A stretch of DNA of 31,320 bases from Gemmatimonadota bacterium (lineage in GTDB: Bacteria > Gemmatimonadota > Gemmatimonadetes > Gemmatimonadales > GWC2-71-9), in NCBI GenBank assembly GCA_039591655.1, contig JBDHDE010000045.1, forward strand, positions 1 to 31,320, read 5' to 3'. The position numbers and the translations under genes were made by a program. A model generated the notes under the pieces. That model saw only the letters and a list, made by a program, of their open reading frames with translations, was not told the DNA's origin and did no database searches. Below, piece after piece: positions 30,708 through 31,320 of the stretch (positions within the stretch are counted from its first letter, which is position 1; every line of letters starts with the position of its first letter).

Positions 30708-30734
30708 AGGGACACAGGCGATGTGCCAGCAACT

Positions 30735-30762
30735 GGGCGGCTCCTCCGGGAGCCGCCCTCTC
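30735..30762 (+). terminator. Intrinsic terminator after the module B lipoprotein
   Basis: gggcggctcc-TCCG-ggagccgccc perfect 10-bp stem followed by tctcgtt. Confidence 0.7.
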
Positions 30763-30903
30763 GTTGCGCCATGCCCGGATATCTCAGCCCTGGCAACCAG
30801 CCGCACGCAGTTCTATCCTTCGCTCGGTGGAACCGGCCATGCCCGGCATCCCGTAGCATCTAACAACTCGCGCAAGCCAGAATCAGAGCACCTGGAGACA
30901 GAC

Positions 30904-31320
30904 ATGCGCATCAGCCGACACATCGCTTTCTCCCCGCTAGCGCTCCTCGCGCTCAGCGTTTCGTCTCCCCCCCTTCCCGCCCAGACCCTCACCTCCGAAC
31001 AAGTCATCGACCTCAAGCAGGTCACGTCGGTGGCAATGCACCCCTACGGCGAGTACGTAGCGTACACTCTGCGGGTGCCGCGGGGTGCCGACGAGGATCC
31101 CGGCGGCACGTACACCGAGATCTGGGTGGTGTCGACCACCGATGGTGATACGCGGCGCTACACCAGCAAGCCTGTCTCGGCGTTCAACGTGGGATGGTCG
31201 GCGGACGGGGGGATGATCACGTTCCGCAGCCGGCGGGAGAGCCACGACCCCAACACCCAGGTCTGGGCCATCATGCTAGGTGGCGGCGAGGCGGAGCGCC
31301 TGAGCCAAGCACCCCGCAGC
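30904..31320 (+). CDS. Secreted beta-propeller protein, probably the N-terminus of an S9 family peptidase (partial)
   Basis: ATG 30904 after GGAG, open to the window end (139 codons): signal ending PLPA-Q, LTSEQVIDLKQV...HPYGEYVAY, EIWVV, WSADG..ITF, QVWAI..GGGEAERLS (PD40-like blades). Catalytic domain is outside the window; not in the ORF track. Confidence 0.8.
   Translation, partial: MRISRHIAFSPLALLALSVSSPPLPAQTLTSEQVIDLKQVTSVAMHPYGEYVAYTLRVPRGADEDPGGTYTEIWVVSTTDGDTRRYTSKPVSAFNVGWSADGGMITFRSRRESHDPNTQVWAIMLGGGEAERLSQAPRS

Overview
GC-rich bacterial DNA whose gene content (several Hanks-type Ser/Thr kinases with TolB-like/TPR sensor tails, many secreted peptidases) resembles Gemmatimonadota; that assignment is inferred, not proven. 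Gene order: partial TM-PAS-PAS-GGDEF-EAL gene (-, missed by the ORF track), MBL-fold hydrolase, kinase 1, ACE-like M2 peptidase lipoprotein, a deacetylase broken by a frameshifting deletion, then on the minus strand a Zn-ribbon/PEGA kinase, a diheme cytochrome c lipoprotein, an S9 peptidase, a Cys-rich FeoA, feoB and an M28 peptidase. A divergent second M28 peptidase follows, then two tandem modules of [TPR-tailed membrane kinase + 131-bp spacer + large ZU5-like lipoprotein + related terminator], and the start of another S9-like peptidase. No rRNA, tRNA, CRISPR array or transposase was recognised. The two best candidates for an undescribed system are (1) the duplicated kinase-lipoprotein module with a conserved internal 'amphipathic helix-PxxLxA-GG-F(S/T)' element, and (2) a membrane kinase and a neighbouring secreted S9 peptidase that share a paralogous C-terminal domain, each with a lone Cys at the same position. 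All counts and alignments were done by eye.
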